Source of the DNA: Candidatus Wildermuthbacteria bacterium RIFCSPHIGHO2_02_FULL_45_25 | GTDB taxonomy: Bacteria > Patescibacteriota > Minisyncoccia > Minisyncoccales > UBA10102 | Length of the DNA stretch: 44,017 nucleotides | Assembly (NCBI GenBank): GCA_001823215.1 | Contig: MHTV01000045.1 | Span: forward strand, 1-44,017 | Direction: 5' to 3' | Shown: one piece after another, positions 1-9,282 of the stretch | How positions within the stretch are numbered: the first letter of the stretch is position 1 | Layout of the letters: each line of letters begins with the position of its first letter | Made by a program: the position numbers and the translations under genes | Notes under the pieces: model-generated | The model's input: the letters and a program-made list of their open reading frames with translations, nothing else | Databases searched by the model: none | What the model was told of the DNA's origin: nothing

Positions 1-923
1 TGTATGAAGTTCTCAAGCAAGGCGGTTTTCAAGCGCATTTGGTTGGGAATATCGGAGTTCCGGTATTCCAAGCGCTTGAAAAAGCAACGAAGAAAGACGT
101 GTTTATCTATGAGCTTTCCAGTTATCAGCTTGAACTTTTGAGAAAAAGCCCTCATATCGCGATATTGCTGAATTTGTATGAGGAGCATCTTGACCATTAT
201 GGGAGCATGAAATCCTATGTGGAGGCAAAATCCCATATTGCCAAATTTCAGACGGACAAAGATTATCTCGTGTATAACCGGAGTAATCAATTAGTGAGGG
301 CGATCGCGAAAAAATCAAAGGCAAAGAAAATTGCGTATGAGTATGCGATACGTGCCGATGCACCCTTTATAGCCGCGCTTGAACCGGTAATTGAAGTGGG
401 AAAGTTGCTGAAAATTTCTCAAGCAAAAATTCAGAAAGCGATTCGGCAATTCAAGCCGCTTCCACACCGCCTTGAATTTGTGGGAACATATCGGGAGATC
501 AAGTTTTACAATGATTCGCTGGCAACCATTCCAGAAGCTGCGATGGCGGCTATTTCCTCGCTGGGAAGCAATGTGCATACGCTTATCGCCGGCGGATTCG
601 ATAGGGGAGTGAGCATGAAAAAATTTGCCGAATATCTTTTGGCAAGTCCGGTGCGTGTGCTTATTCTGTTTCCAATCACCGGAATTTCTCTCTGGGATGA
701 AATGCAGAAACTTGCGGACCGGCAAACCAGTACGCAATTGCCAGAGCATGTAATCGTGCAGACAATGGATCAGGCAGTTCAAGAATCGTATGCGCGCACT
801 CTATCTGGCAATATTTGCCTTCTCTCGCCGGCGGCTTCGAGTTTTAATCTTTTTCGGGATTATCAGGACAGGGGAGAGCAATTTAAGAAATTCGTGAAAT
901 TCTATGGCAAGAAAAAAAGCTGA
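1..923 (+). CDS. murD: UDP-N-acetylmuramoyl-L-alanine--D-glutamate ligase, 5' part lies outside the window
   Basis: Motifs VGNIG, ELSSYQL, EHLDHY, PHRLE, YNDSLAT and LLSPAASSF; followed by ftsW-murG. Confidence 0.93.
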   Translation, partial: YEVLKQGGFQAHLVGNIGVPVFQALEKATKKDVFIYELSSYQLELLRKSPHIAILLNLYEEHLDHYGSMKSYVEAKSHIAKFQTDKDYLVYNRSNQLVRAIAKKSKAKKIAYEYAIRADAPFIAALEPVIEVGKLLKISQAKIQKAIRQFKPLPHRLEFVGTYREIKFYNDSLATIPEAAMAAISSLGSNVHTLIAGGFDRGVSMKKFAEYLLASPVRVLILFPITGISLWDEMQKLADRQTSTQLPEHVIVQTMDQAVQESYARTLSGNICLLSPAASSFNLFRDYQDRGEQFKKFVKFYGKKKS

Positions 924-2082
924 CTGGTATCCTGATGGTATTCTGCTTGCGTTGTGCGGCGCTCTCTTGTTGAGCGGAATTTTGATTTTGGCAAGCGTCT
1001 CGGCATCCTTCTCGCTGCAGAAAACAGGAACAACTTTTTATTATCTTAGCCATCAGTTATTCTATGGCCTTTTGCCGGGTCTCATATTCGCCGTGGCTGC
1101 TTTTGTGATTCCCCTGGAAAAAATGCGCACATGGAGCGTGTATCTGCTTTTGGGATCATTACTTTTGATGAGTTTAGTGTTTATCCCGGGGATTGGAACT
1201 TCTTCGGGAGGAGCTTCTCGATGGATTTCTATCGGGCCGATTACCTCGTTTCAGCCGTCAGAAATACTCAAACTCGCCTGTATCTTGTATGTTGCTTCGT
1301 GGCTTTCTTCAAAAGGGAAATATCCGTCAAAACAAAAGGCGGTTGCTTCAAGAAACGCTCGGCGCGGCGAAAAAAAATTCACAAAAATCTTTTCTCAATT
1401 ACAGCATACATTTCTTCCATTTATTGCGATTATGAGCGTAATCGCATTATTTTTGCTGATGCAAAAAAACTTAAGCACGCTCGGCGTTATTGTGGTGGTG
1501 GGATTGAGCATGTATTTTCTCTCTGGCGCTCCGTTCTGGCATTCGCTGGCAATGCTTTTCCCCGGAATGATATTGGCGGGATTGGCGGTGTTGCTTACTC
1601 CCTTCCGTATGCAGCGCTTGGCCGCTTTTCTTAATTCGTCTTTTGATCCTTTGGGACAGGGCTATCAAGCAAAGCAAGCGATTATTGGTATTGGATCCGG
1701 CGGATTGACTGGAATCGGGCTTGGGTTAAGCTATCAAAAATTTGGATTGCTTCCCGAGCCAATTTCCGATTCCATTTTCGCTATCTTTGCAGAAGAGACA
1801 GGTTTGATCGGAGCGTTATTGCTTATTGGTTTGTACCTCGCGTTTTCGTGGCGTACATTTGTAATTGCGCGCCGCGCTCCCGATCAATTTTCGCAGCTTG
1901 TCGCGATGGGAATTGGTATTTGGATTTCGTTTCAAGCGTTTGTAAACATGGGCTCTATGGCAGGGGTTGTGCCGCTTACGGGAATTCCACTACCTTTTAT
2001 CAGTTACGGGGGCTCATCTCTCGCGTTGAGCATAGCCGCACTCGGTGTGCTGCTGAATATCTCTCGCACGCGAAAAGTGTAG
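904..2082 (+). CDS. ftsW: SEDS family peptidoglycan polymerase FtsW
   Basis: Multi-pass membrane protein with GASRWI, FQPSE, GYQ..Q, LPEPISDSIF and GIPLPFISYGGSS; lies between murD and murG. Confidence 0.92.
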   Translation: MARKKADWYPDGILLALCGALLLSGILILASVSASFSLQKTGTTFYYLSHQLFYGLLPGLIFAVAAFVIPLEKMRTWSVYLLLGSLLLMSLVFIPGIGTSSGGASRWISIGPITSFQPSEILKLACILYVASWLSSKGKYPSKQKAVASRNARRGEKKFTKIFSQLQHTFLPFIAIMSVIALFLLMQKNLSTLGVIVVVGLSMYFLSGAPFWHSLAMLFPGMILAGLAVLLTPFRMQRLAAFLNSSFDPLGQGYQAKQAIIGIGSGGLTGIGLGLSYQKFGLLPEPISDSIFAIFAEETGLIGALLLIGLYLAFSWRTFVIARRAPDQFSQLVAMGIGIWISFQAFVNMGSMAGVVPLTGIPLPFISYGGSSLALSIAALGVLLNISRTRKV

Positions 2083-2247
2083 ATACTTTGAATTACGAAA
2101 AGAGCAAAACATAATGCTTTGAGAACACGGATATTTTTCTGCTGAAAAATTCCTGGCTCTCCCACCTCGCGGTGAGGGGCTCGCGCCAGTCGCGCTCCCA
2201 ATGTTCTCAAAACCTCATAATGTGCTAGTTTCGTAATTCAAATGTAT
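2083..2247 (-). repeat. Copy 1 of the conserved-core / variable-arm palindromic element
   Basis: Nested inverted repeats TTTGAATTACGAAA 2087-2100 / 2229-2242 and TTTGAGAACA 2118-2127 / 2202-2211. The minus strand carries the core GAGCGCGACTGGCGCGAGC...GGAATTTTTCAGCAGAAAAATATCCGTG shared with the copies at 11.1, 12.8 and 42.7 kb. Confidence 0.9.
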
Positions 2248-2250
2248 TCA

Positions 2251-2259
2251 TGATACACT
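2251..2259 (+). promoter_or_regulatory. Possible extended -10 element (TGATACACT) for murG
   Basis: TGn + TACACT ends 6 nt before the murG ATG; no Shine-Dalgarno motif. Confidence 0.4.
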
Positions 2260-2265
2260 AAAAAT

Positions 2266-3390
2266 ATGAAAATTGTTTTCGCGGGCGGTGGTACCGGTGG
2301 TCATATTTTGCCCATTGTTGCTATCGCAAGAGAACTCCAGAAGAGCGTTTCAGACCAACAGTTGCAACTTCACTATATCGGACCAAAAGATATGTTCGGA
2401 GAGATGACGCTCGAACAGGAAGGATTGCGCATCCACCGAATTTTTGCCGGAAAATTGAGGCGAACAGGAGGAATCGGAGCTTGGTTGAAGAATATTTTTG
2501 ATATCTGCGTTCTTCTGCCATTGGGTATTCTCTGGGCGCTTAAAATCGTTTTGTTTCTGTGGCCCGATGCTATTGTAAGCAAGGGCGGATACGGAGCATT
2601 GCCTGTTACCATTGCGGGTTGGCTGCTGCGCAGGCCCGTATTTCTCCATGAGTCAGATATTGCGCCGGGACTTGCCAATCGCATCGGCGGGAAGTTTGCT
2701 CTGGAAATTTTTACATCTTTTCAACGCACAGAATATTTTTCAGCCAAGAAAATGTTGTTTGTGGGAAATCCTATCCGCAGGGAGCTGCTTACTGGAGATC
2801 AGCAGGAAGCTGCCCGATTATTTCAACTTACCAATGAAAAGCCGGTCCTGCTTATTCTTGGCGGTTCTCAAGGAGCACAGCGTGTAAACAATATAATCTT
2901 GGAGATTTTGGCAAAATTGCTCGAAAGTTTTGAAGTCATCCACCAGACCGGCAAACGTAATTTTGAGCAAGTGAGAAAAGAGGGGAAAGTAGTCGTTACT
3001 CAAGACAATTTGCGCTTTTATCATCCCTTGCCGTTTCTTACGGAACCCGAGCTGAAACACGCATACGCGACCGCCTCTTTGGTGGTAAGCCGCGCGGGAT
3101 CCGGAAGCATTTTTGAAATTTCTGCGCGCGGGATTCCGGCAGTTTTGATTCCATTGCCCGAATCCGCGCAGAATCATCAACTCAAAAACGCGTATGGCTA
3201 TGCCCAAAATGGAGCTGCCATTGTTTTGGAGGAAAGCAATCTTACCCCGCATTTTTTTCTGGATCGCATCATATCTATCGTATTCAACGAAGAAAAGTAT
3301 AAAAAAATGTCATCGGCCGCGTTTGATTTTTCCAAGCCAAATGCGGCATACATCATTGCTCATTATCTCCTGGAGTACTTGAAACGATAG
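2266..3390 (+). CDS. murG: Lipid II N-acetylglucosamine transferase MurG
   Basis: Motifs GGGTGGH, KGGY, HESD..PG.AN, GNPIR, GGSQGA, SRAG and HQ..NA. Confidence 0.95.
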   Translation: MKIVFAGGGTGGHILPIVAIARELQKSVSDQQLQLHYIGPKDMFGEMTLEQEGLRIHRIFAGKLRRTGGIGAWLKNIFDICVLLPLGILWALKIVLFLWPDAIVSKGGYGALPVTIAGWLLRRPVFLHESDIAPGLANRIGGKFALEIFTSFQRTEYFSAKKMLFVGNPIRRELLTGDQQEAARLFQLTNEKPVLLILGGSQGAQRVNNIILEILAKLLESFEVIHQTGKRNFEQVRKEGKVVVTQDNLRFYHPLPFLTEPELKHAYATASLVVSRAGSGSIFEISARGIPAVLIPLPESAQNHQLKNAYGYAQNGAAIVLEESNLTPHFFLDRIISIVFNEEKYKKMSSAAFDFSKPNAAYIIAHYLLEYLKR

Positions 3391-3407
3391 AAATTTTGAA
3401 ATATACT
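3379..3407 (+). promoter_or_regulatory. Sigma70-type promoter for gltX
   Basis: TTGAAA (3379-3384), 17-nt spacer, TATACT (3402-3407); ATG at 3414. Confidence 0.55.
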
Positions 3408-3413
3408 ACTGGT

Positions 3414-4985
3414 ATGTCAAGACAATCTACTCCTCAATCGGTCAGAGTTCGGATTGCGCCGTCGCCAACGGGACCTATTCATATGGGAAATGTGCGGGCC
3501 GGTTTATTTAATTATCTATTTGCCAAGCAGCAAGGAGGCGTATTTATGTTGCGCATCGAAGACACCGACAAAGAGAGATCAAAACCCGAATGGGAAAAAG
3601 ACATTTTTGAAAATATGCAGTGGCTAGGACTTCTATGGGATGAAGGTCCGGATCCCGCGCATCATGGGGCATCTTTTGGGCAGTATGGGCCTTATCGGCA
3701 ATCTGAACGCACCGAGCTCTACAAAAAATATCTTCTCAAGCTTTTGGCGGAAGGCAAGGCGTATTATTGCTTTTGCGCGAGCGATGAATTGGAAGCGCAA
3801 CGTTCCAATCAAATGAGTTTGGGAGAAGCGCCGCGTTATCTTGGCACATGCCGCCAGCTTGCCAAAGATCAGCAAGAAAAGAAATTCAAAGAAGGCAAAC
3901 CCGCTGTTATTCGTTTTATTGTGGAGCCAAAAGTCGTGGTCTTCGATGACTTGATTCGCGGCAAAGTTTCCTTCGACATGTCGTTGGCCGGAGATATTGT
4001 GATCGCGAAAAATCTGGAAACTCCCTTGTATAATTTTACCGTGGTCATTGATGACTATGAGATGAAGATTACGCATGTGATTCGGGGAGAGGATCATATC
4101 CCCAATACTCCAAAACAAATCTTACTCCAACAAGCGCTTGGATTTCCGGGTGCGCAATTTGGGCATTTGCCGCTTCTGTTGGGTACCGATCGCACGAAAT
4201 TAAGTAAGCGACATGGAGACCATTCAGTAACCAGATATCGCAAAGAAGGATATCTTCCGGAAGCCGTTCTTAATTTCCTGGCGCTTTTGGGTTGGAATCC
4301 AGGCGGAGAAAAAGAGATTTTTACGCTCCAAGAGCTTGTGGAAGATTTCTCTCTCAAGCGCATTCAGAAGGGCGGAGCGGTGTTTAACGTGCAACGCTTG
4401 GATTGGATCAATGGGTATTATATCCGCCAAATGCCAATTGAAGAGCTTACCAGGCGATGCATTCCGTTTTTAATCAATGCAGGATTGATTGATCCATGGC
4501 CAGACGTTAAGGGGGAAGAGATTTGGTATATGGCTGAAAAAAGACCGTTTCCTGAAGGAATTCTGAAGGAAGAAGATATTCAAAAGGTTATTAGTTTGTA
4601 TAAAGATACGATCCAACCGTATCAGGATCGCTTGAAGAAACTTTCAGAACTTCCGGAAATGATTGATTTCTTTTTCGTGGACAACTTAGATTATCCAAAA
4701 GAATTATTGCTCTGGAAAGATGCTGATGCGGCAACAATAGCGCATGCGTTAGAAAGAGCGAAAGAAATCTTATCTGGTATCGCGGATGACAAATGGACAA
4801 GAGAACATTTGGAAGAAGTTTTGATGCCCTTTGCTGAACAGGAAAAAAACAGGGGATATATGCTCTGGCCGTTACGAGTCGCTCTTTCAGGAAAAAAAGC
4901 ATCGGCAGGACCGTTTGAAATCTGCTCGGCGCTGGGCAAGGAAAAAACTTTGCGGCGAATTCAATTTGCGCTCGAAAAATTTTAG
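3414..4985 (+). CDS. gltX: Glutamate--tRNA ligase, probably non-discriminating given gatCAB in the window
   Basis: RIAPSPTG, HMGN (HIGH-like), LRIEDTD, IRGEDH and KLSKR motifs. Start placed at ATG 3414, just after the promoter. Confidence 0.95.
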   Translation: MSRQSTPQSVRVRIAPSPTGPIHMGNVRAGLFNYLFAKQQGGVFMLRIEDTDKERSKPEWEKDIFENMQWLGLLWDEGPDPAHHGASFGQYGPYRQSERTELYKKYLLKLLAEGKAYYCFCASDELEAQRSNQMSLGEAPRYLGTCRQLAKDQQEKKFKEGKPAVIRFIVEPKVVVFDDLIRGKVSFDMSLAGDIVIAKNLETPLYNFTVVIDDYEMKITHVIRGEDHIPNTPKQILLQQALGFPGAQFGHLPLLLGTDRTKLSKRHGDHSVTRYRKEGYLPEAVLNFLALLGWNPGGEKEIFTLQELVEDFSLKRIQKGGAVFNVQRLDWINGYYIRQMPIEELTRRCIPFLINAGLIDPWPDVKGEEIWYMAEKRPFPEGILKEEDIQKVISLYKDTIQPYQDRLKKLSELPEMIDFFFVDNLDYPKELLLWKDADAATIAHALERAKEILSGIADDKWTREHLEEVLMPFAEQEKNRGYMLWPLRVALSGKKASAGPFEICSALGKEKTLRRIQFALEKF

Positions 4986-5061
4986 GATTGCGGGTATAAT
5001 GGAAAATAATGAAAGCTCAAAAGCAGGGGAGAAGAGAGGGGAGAGCCAATGTTACAGTTTG

Positions 5062-5535
5062 ATGCGTTATTTTTTTCTCACATTTTTACTTTTGGGAATA
5101 GTTGGCACGACGAGCATGCCGTTTTGGACGTATGCTCAAACCCATGAAAATCCCGTATCGCCTGGCTTGCATGTTCCAGAGAATTTTGAGGAAGCGCAAA
5201 AGGGTACGGAAGAAGCAGGGAAGAGGATATGGGAAGAACTGCCTCGCATTCTCAAAGATATTTGGAACAACGAAATTCTGCCGCTCTGGAAAACAATGTG
5301 GAACTGGGTTGTAATGCTCTGGGATCACACGGTCAAAGCATGGGTAGAAGCATGCTGGGAATGGCTGCGAAGTTTATTTGGAGAAGAGATTGATACACGC
5401 ACAGAGAGCGCTCGAGAACAAATTGAAGAGGAAAAACAAGAGTTGCAAGAGGAGCTGGAAAAGGAAGGAGAAAATATTACAAGAAGTTTGTGGCAGAGGT
5501 TTAAAGATCTTTTTCGCAATGCAGATACGCCTTAG
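5062..5535 (+). CDS. Hypothetical exported or membrane-anchored protein with a Trp-rich amphipathic helix and acidic coiled coil
   Basis: Part of ORF 4831-5535. MRYFFLTFLLLGIV looks like a signal peptide. Start uncertain (4999 or 5062). Confidence 0.6.
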   Translation: MRYFFLTFLLLGIVGTTSMPFWTYAQTHENPVSPGLHVPENFEEAQKGTEEAGKRIWEELPRILKDIWNNEILPLWKTMWNWVVMLWDHTVKAWVEACWEWLRSLFGEEIDTRTESAREQIEEEKQELQEELEKEGENITRSLWQRFKDLFRNADTP

Positions 5536-5541
5536 ATGTGC

Positions 5542-5550
5542 TGTGGATAA
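5542..5550 (-). promoter_or_regulatory. Single perfect DnaA-box match (TTATCCACA)
   Basis: The + strand reads TGTGGATAA. Isolated copy, function unclear. Confidence 0.35.
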
Positions 5551-5573
5551 CTTTTGGGTGCGTGTTCTTATAT

Positions 5574-5601
5574 GTGTCGCACAATGTAGGTTAAGCGACA
5601 T
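5574..5601. other. Putative dif-like Xer recombination site (11-6-11 layout)
   Basis: GTGTCGCACAA-TGTAGG-TTAAGCGACAT. Arms are partly palindromic (TGTCGC/GCGACA) and resemble E. coli dif GGTGCGCATAA-TGTATA-TTATGTTAAAT. About 170 bp upstream of the xer gene. Confidence 0.65.
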
Positions 5602-5767
5602 TTATGCGCACTTCAAATGTTTAGATCATTCTGCGAGCCAATCCTTTAGGGAATGAGTCATCTTGCCAAGCAAGATATCTGCGGGCTATCTTTGGAAGAA
5701 TGGCTTGCGAGATGCGATGATGCTTATCCTTTGACTATCCCTTGAAACTCACACATATTCCCCTTTC

Positions 5768-6769
5768 ATGATGCAAAAATCTCAAAAAACCATTTTCGAT
5801 CATATCCCCGATTTTATTGATTATTGCGATGTGGAACGCGGACTTTCCACGAAGACCCAGGAAAACTATTCTCGGTATCTTCATAAATTCCAAATATGGC
5901 TCAAATTGAAAAAAATCCAAAATCTTTTGCCCCATGAACTTACCGCAGATCTCATTTGGCAATACCGCTTGTATTTGGCCCGTAGACAGGATATTCACGG
6001 CAAAACGCTTTCTCGACTAACCCAGAACTATTATTTAATCGCTCTAAGGGCGCTCCTGGGTTATTTTGTGGTTAAAGATGTAGAATGTATCCCGCCAGAT
6101 AAAATAACCCTTCCAAAAGACGCTACAAAGGAGCGAAGCATTAAATTTCTTACCCTTGAGCAAGTACGCAAACTTCTTGAAACTCCTCAAACCTCTACGC
6201 CATCTGGTTTACGCGATAAAGCCATATTAGAGATCCTTTTTTCGACTGGCTTGCGGATCGCGGAACTTGTCATGCTTAACCGAGAGCAATTTGATTCAAT
6301 CTTTACGAAAGAGGATTTTGAACTTGGGATTATCGGAAAAGGAAATCGGCCCCGCACCGTGTATTTCTCAAACCGCGCGCTCCATTGGCTCAAGGAGTAT
6401 CTCAAGACCCGCATGGATAAAGAAAAAGCATTATTTATTAATTATCGAGGACGAAGTCAGGAGGACCTTCGTCTCTCTGCTCGCTCAATCGAGCGAATGA
6501 TAAAAAAATATGCGATTGCGGCAGGTGTGCCTATTTTTACTACGCCCCATACCATGAGGCATTCGTACGCAACCGATTTATTGGAACAAGGAGTTGATTT
6601 GCGAAGTATTCAAGAATTTCTTGGTCATAAGAATATCGCCACTACCCAAATCTATACTCATGTGACCAACAAACGTCTTCGGGATATTCATCGCCAATTC
6701 CATAGCGGAGGGCGGCTTGACAATGCTGAACCAAACACTCCACTCGACGAGCAGTTGGATTCTCATTGA
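5768..6769 (+). CDS. XerC/XerD-family tyrosine recombinase
   Basis: N-terminal SAM-like domain (ERGLS..T..NY) and a full catalytic set: STGLRIAEL (R), GKG (K), HTMRH, LGH, TQIYTH (Y). Confidence 0.92.
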   Translation: MMQKSQKTIFDHIPDFIDYCDVERGLSTKTQENYSRYLHKFQIWLKLKKIQNLLPHELTADLIWQYRLYLARRQDIHGKTLSRLTQNYYLIALRALLGYFVVKDVECIPPDKITLPKDATKERSIKFLTLEQVRKLLETPQTSTPSGLRDKAILEILFSTGLRIAELVMLNREQFDSIFTKEDFELGIIGKGNRPRTVYFSNRALHWLKEYLKTRMDKEKALFINYRGRSQEDLRLSARSIERMIKKYAIAAGVPIFTTPHTMRHSYATDLLEQGVDLRSIQEFLGHKNIATTQIYTHVTNKRLRDIHRQFHSGGRLDNAEPNTPLDEQLDSH

Positions 6770-6792
6770 AATGAAATGTCGCACAATATAAA

Positions 6793-6819
6793 CCGCCAAC
6801 ACAATCATTGCGTTGGCGG
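6793..6819. terminator. Hairpin downstream of the xer gene, possible terminator
   Basis: CCGCCAAC...GTTGGCGG stem followed by ATCCTTTT; lies between convergent genes. Confidence 0.45.
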
Positions 6820-7040
6820 ATCCTTTTAGGAAGTGCTGAAAAATACGTATCCTTTTCTCCTTAAAATTTCTTCGAGTTCGCATGGGCAACTCGAGAGAAT
6901 TGCCGCGGAGTGCTCAACCTCACAAGTGGAAATACATCGAGCGGGTTTGATCGGCGGGATAAGTGTTGCCAGAACCGCAAGGGCAAATATCTCTTGCTTG
7001 GTGAATACTCGCGTGCTTGTTCCCTCGGGCGATACTTGAA

Positions 7041-7718
7041 CTATTCGAAGTTCAATAAGTGGCCATGGCTTTTGAGCCATTGCTCTGCCTCCTTGTATGT
7101 TGGATACGTTTCCCCTACCTTTCTCCAGAAATTTTTGGAATGGTTCATAAAGGCCAAGTGCGCTAATTCATGAACCACAATATAGTTGACTACGAATGAC
7201 GGAGCCATCATCAATCTCCATGGGAAATTGATTGTCTTGCGACGCGTGCACGATCCCAGCTGATGTTTGGCTGAAGTGATATGCAGGGATTTGAACTCAA
7301 CACCCATTTTTCGAGCATACGCAGAGCTTCGTTGAAAAAGCTCTTTTTCTGCCTGCTGTTTATACCAGTCGATGAATAAACGCTTTGCTTCTCCCCTATT
7401 CTCTTTTGCTAAAACGAACTGTCTGCGAAAAACCAAGTCTGGCGAATTTTTTTTGGTAAATTGAAGTTTGTAGCGGACTCCAAAATAAAGGAATTTCTCT
7501 CCGGGCTGGAATTTCAGCTTTGGAGCTAACATTTTGCGTAACCGATGCTGTCTGGTTTTTTCCTGAATCCACAAACGCTTCTGTTCCACAAAACGCTGAA
7601 TCTCCTGGCGGCTTGTTTTTTTGGGCGCGCGCACGGTCAAGCTCCCATCATGTTCTACGACAAGCGCAAGTGTCTTTTTTCTGCGCGTATAGATAATGTC
7701 ATAGGTGATTTTTCGCAT
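7041..7718 (-). CDS. YgjP/DUF45-like HExxH metal-dependent hydrolase
   Basis: Motifs RRKKTL.L.V, GSC....INF.WRL and YIVVHELAHL...NHS..FW. Start placed at ATG 7718. Confidence 0.85.
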   Translation of the reverse strand: MRKITYDIIYTRRKKTLALVVEHDGSLTVRAPKKTSRQEIQRFVEQKRLWIQEKTRQHRLRKMLAPKLKFQPGEKFLYFGVRYKLQFTKKNSPDLVFRRQFVLAKENRGEAKRLFIDWYKQQAEKELFQRSSAYARKMGVEFKSLHITSAKHQLGSCTRRKTINFPWRLMMAPSFVVNYIVVHELAHLAFMNHSKNFWRKVGETYPTYKEAEQWLKSHGHLLNFE

Positions 7719-7819
7719 GAAACTTGACAAAAGTAAATTCTTATGAAGAAAAACATCCCTCTTCTGGATGTCCTATTGTAACTCTTTTCAATCGCATATT
7801 CAAGAGCAGGGTGCGTTAT

Positions 7820-9277
7820 TCACAAAGATGTTAATACGCGCGCTACGATTTCGCGCGAAGTCTCCGGATTTAAAGATCCCTTTGTCTTTGCCATCATTTG
7901 GCCAACGAAAAACTGAAGCGCATTCCCCTTTCCTTTTTTGTAATCTTCGAGGGCTTTCGGATTATTCTGAATAATTTCTTTGGCGATTTGTTCAATTTGT
8001 GCCGCGTCTGAAATTTGATGGAGACCGCGTTCCTCAATAATGTGATCGGGGTCAGCTCCTGTTCGAAGCATCTCTTTTAATACTGATTTTGCCGCCGCGC
8101 TTGAAATTTTGTTGTCTGCGATAAGGTTAATCAATTCTGCGAAATTTTCCGCGGTTACCAAAAAATGAGAGTCTTGAACGCCTGTTCCGGTTGCTTGAAG
8201 ATACCCTTGCAAATCAGATAACATATAGTTCACGGAAAGTTTTGTGCGTATGCGAAGCTGATCTTTTTCTAATGGGCCAAGTTCGCTTACCACCTGTTCA
8301 AAATACTCTCCCATGTCCTTATTTTTGACCAAGGCGTCTGCCTCTTTTTGCGTCAGATTAAATTCTCTCTGAAAGCGGTCTTTTCTTGCTTGAGGAAGTT
8401 CTGGCAAGCAAGCGCGCAATGCTTCAATTTCTTCTTTGCTAAACTTCATGGGAGGAATATCGGGTTCCGGGAAATACCGGTAGTCATGAGCGGATTCCTT
8501 TTCTCTTTGAAGGAATGTTTCCCCTTTGAGTTCATTCCATCCGTGAGTTTCTTGCCTGATTTGTTGCCCTTTAACTAGAGATTCTGTTTGCCGCGCAATT
8601 TCAAATTCAATTGCTTGTTCAACCGATCGGAATGAGTTTAAGTTTTTGACTTCTACTTTGGTTCCAAATTCTTTTTGGCGCTCCGGGCGGATAGAGATAT
8701 TCGCTTCCACTCGCATTTGGCCTTTTTCCATATCAGCGTCTGAAACTTGGAGATATCGTAAAATTGTTTGGAGTTGACGAGCAAATTCGCTGGCTTCTTG
8801 AGATGATTGAATATCGGGTTCCGTAACCAATTCCATCAGAGGAACTCCTGCTCGGTTGAAATCCACTAACGAAAAAGTTTTGTCTGTCTGATGTTGAGAA
8901 CGGGCGGTATCTTCTTCCAGATGAATTCGGCGGATTTGAATTTGGCGGTCAAATACCCGAAGTTTGCCGTGTTCACAAAGCGGTAAATCGTATTGGCTGA
9001 TTTGGTAACCCTTCGGCAAATCAGGATAAAAATAGTTTTTGCGATCGAATTTTGAAAATGGAGCAATCGCGCAGTCAAGAGCCAATCCCACTTTGATAAC
9101 GTTCGTTATCGCATCTTTGTTGGCAACGGGTAATGTGCCGGGATGCCCCATGCAGATTGGACATACATTCGTGTTTGCATCCTTTTGCAAAGGATCGTTT
9201 AAGCAAGAGCAAAACATTTTGCTCCTTGTTTTCAATTCCGCGTGAATTTCCAGTCCAATCGTAGGAATATATCGCAT
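7820..9277 (-). CDS. gatB: Asp/Glu-tRNA amidotransferase subunit B
   Basis: IGLEIHAEL, FDRKNYFYPDLPKGYQISQ, HLEED, NRAGVPLMELVTEP and YRYFPEPD motifs. Confidence 0.97.
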   Translation of the reverse strand: MRYIPTIGLEIHAELKTRSKMFCSCLNDPLQKDANTNVCPICMGHPGTLPVANKDAITNVIKVGLALDCAIAPFSKFDRKNYFYPDLPKGYQISQYDLPLCEHGKLRVFDRQIQIRRIHLEEDTARSQHQTDKTFSLVDFNRAGVPLMELVTEPDIQSSQEASEFARQLQTILRYLQVSDADMEKGQMRVEANISIRPERQKEFGTKVEVKNLNSFRSVEQAIEFEIARQTESLVKGQQIRQETHGWNELKGETFLQREKESAHDYRYFPEPDIPPMKFSKEEIEALRACLPELPQARKDRFQREFNLTQKEADALVKNKDMGEYFEQVVSELGPLEKDQLRIRTKLSVNYMLSDLQGYLQATGTGVQDSHFLVTAENFAELINLIADNKISSAAAKSVLKEMLRTGADPDHIIEERGLHQISDAAQIEQIAKEIIQNNPKALEDYKKGKGNALQFFVGQMMAKTKGSLNPETSREIVARVLTSL

Positions 9278-9282
9278 AGTTC

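Noticed and set aside
5542..5550. DnaA box as evidence of oriC
   Set aside because: Only one box, no dnaA or dnaN nearby, and genes converge rather than diverge here, which fits a terminus better.
6826..7080. 84-aa minus-strand ORF and overlapping short plus-strand ORFs
   Set aside because: No recognisable motif, overlap with the YgjP-like gene, and no clear start signals. It could be a small orphan gene but I cannot support it.
5768..7730. Prophage or genomic island anchored on the tyrosine recombinase
   Set aside because: No phage, conjugation or cargo genes; neighbours are housekeeping genes and the protein resembles chromosomal Xer.
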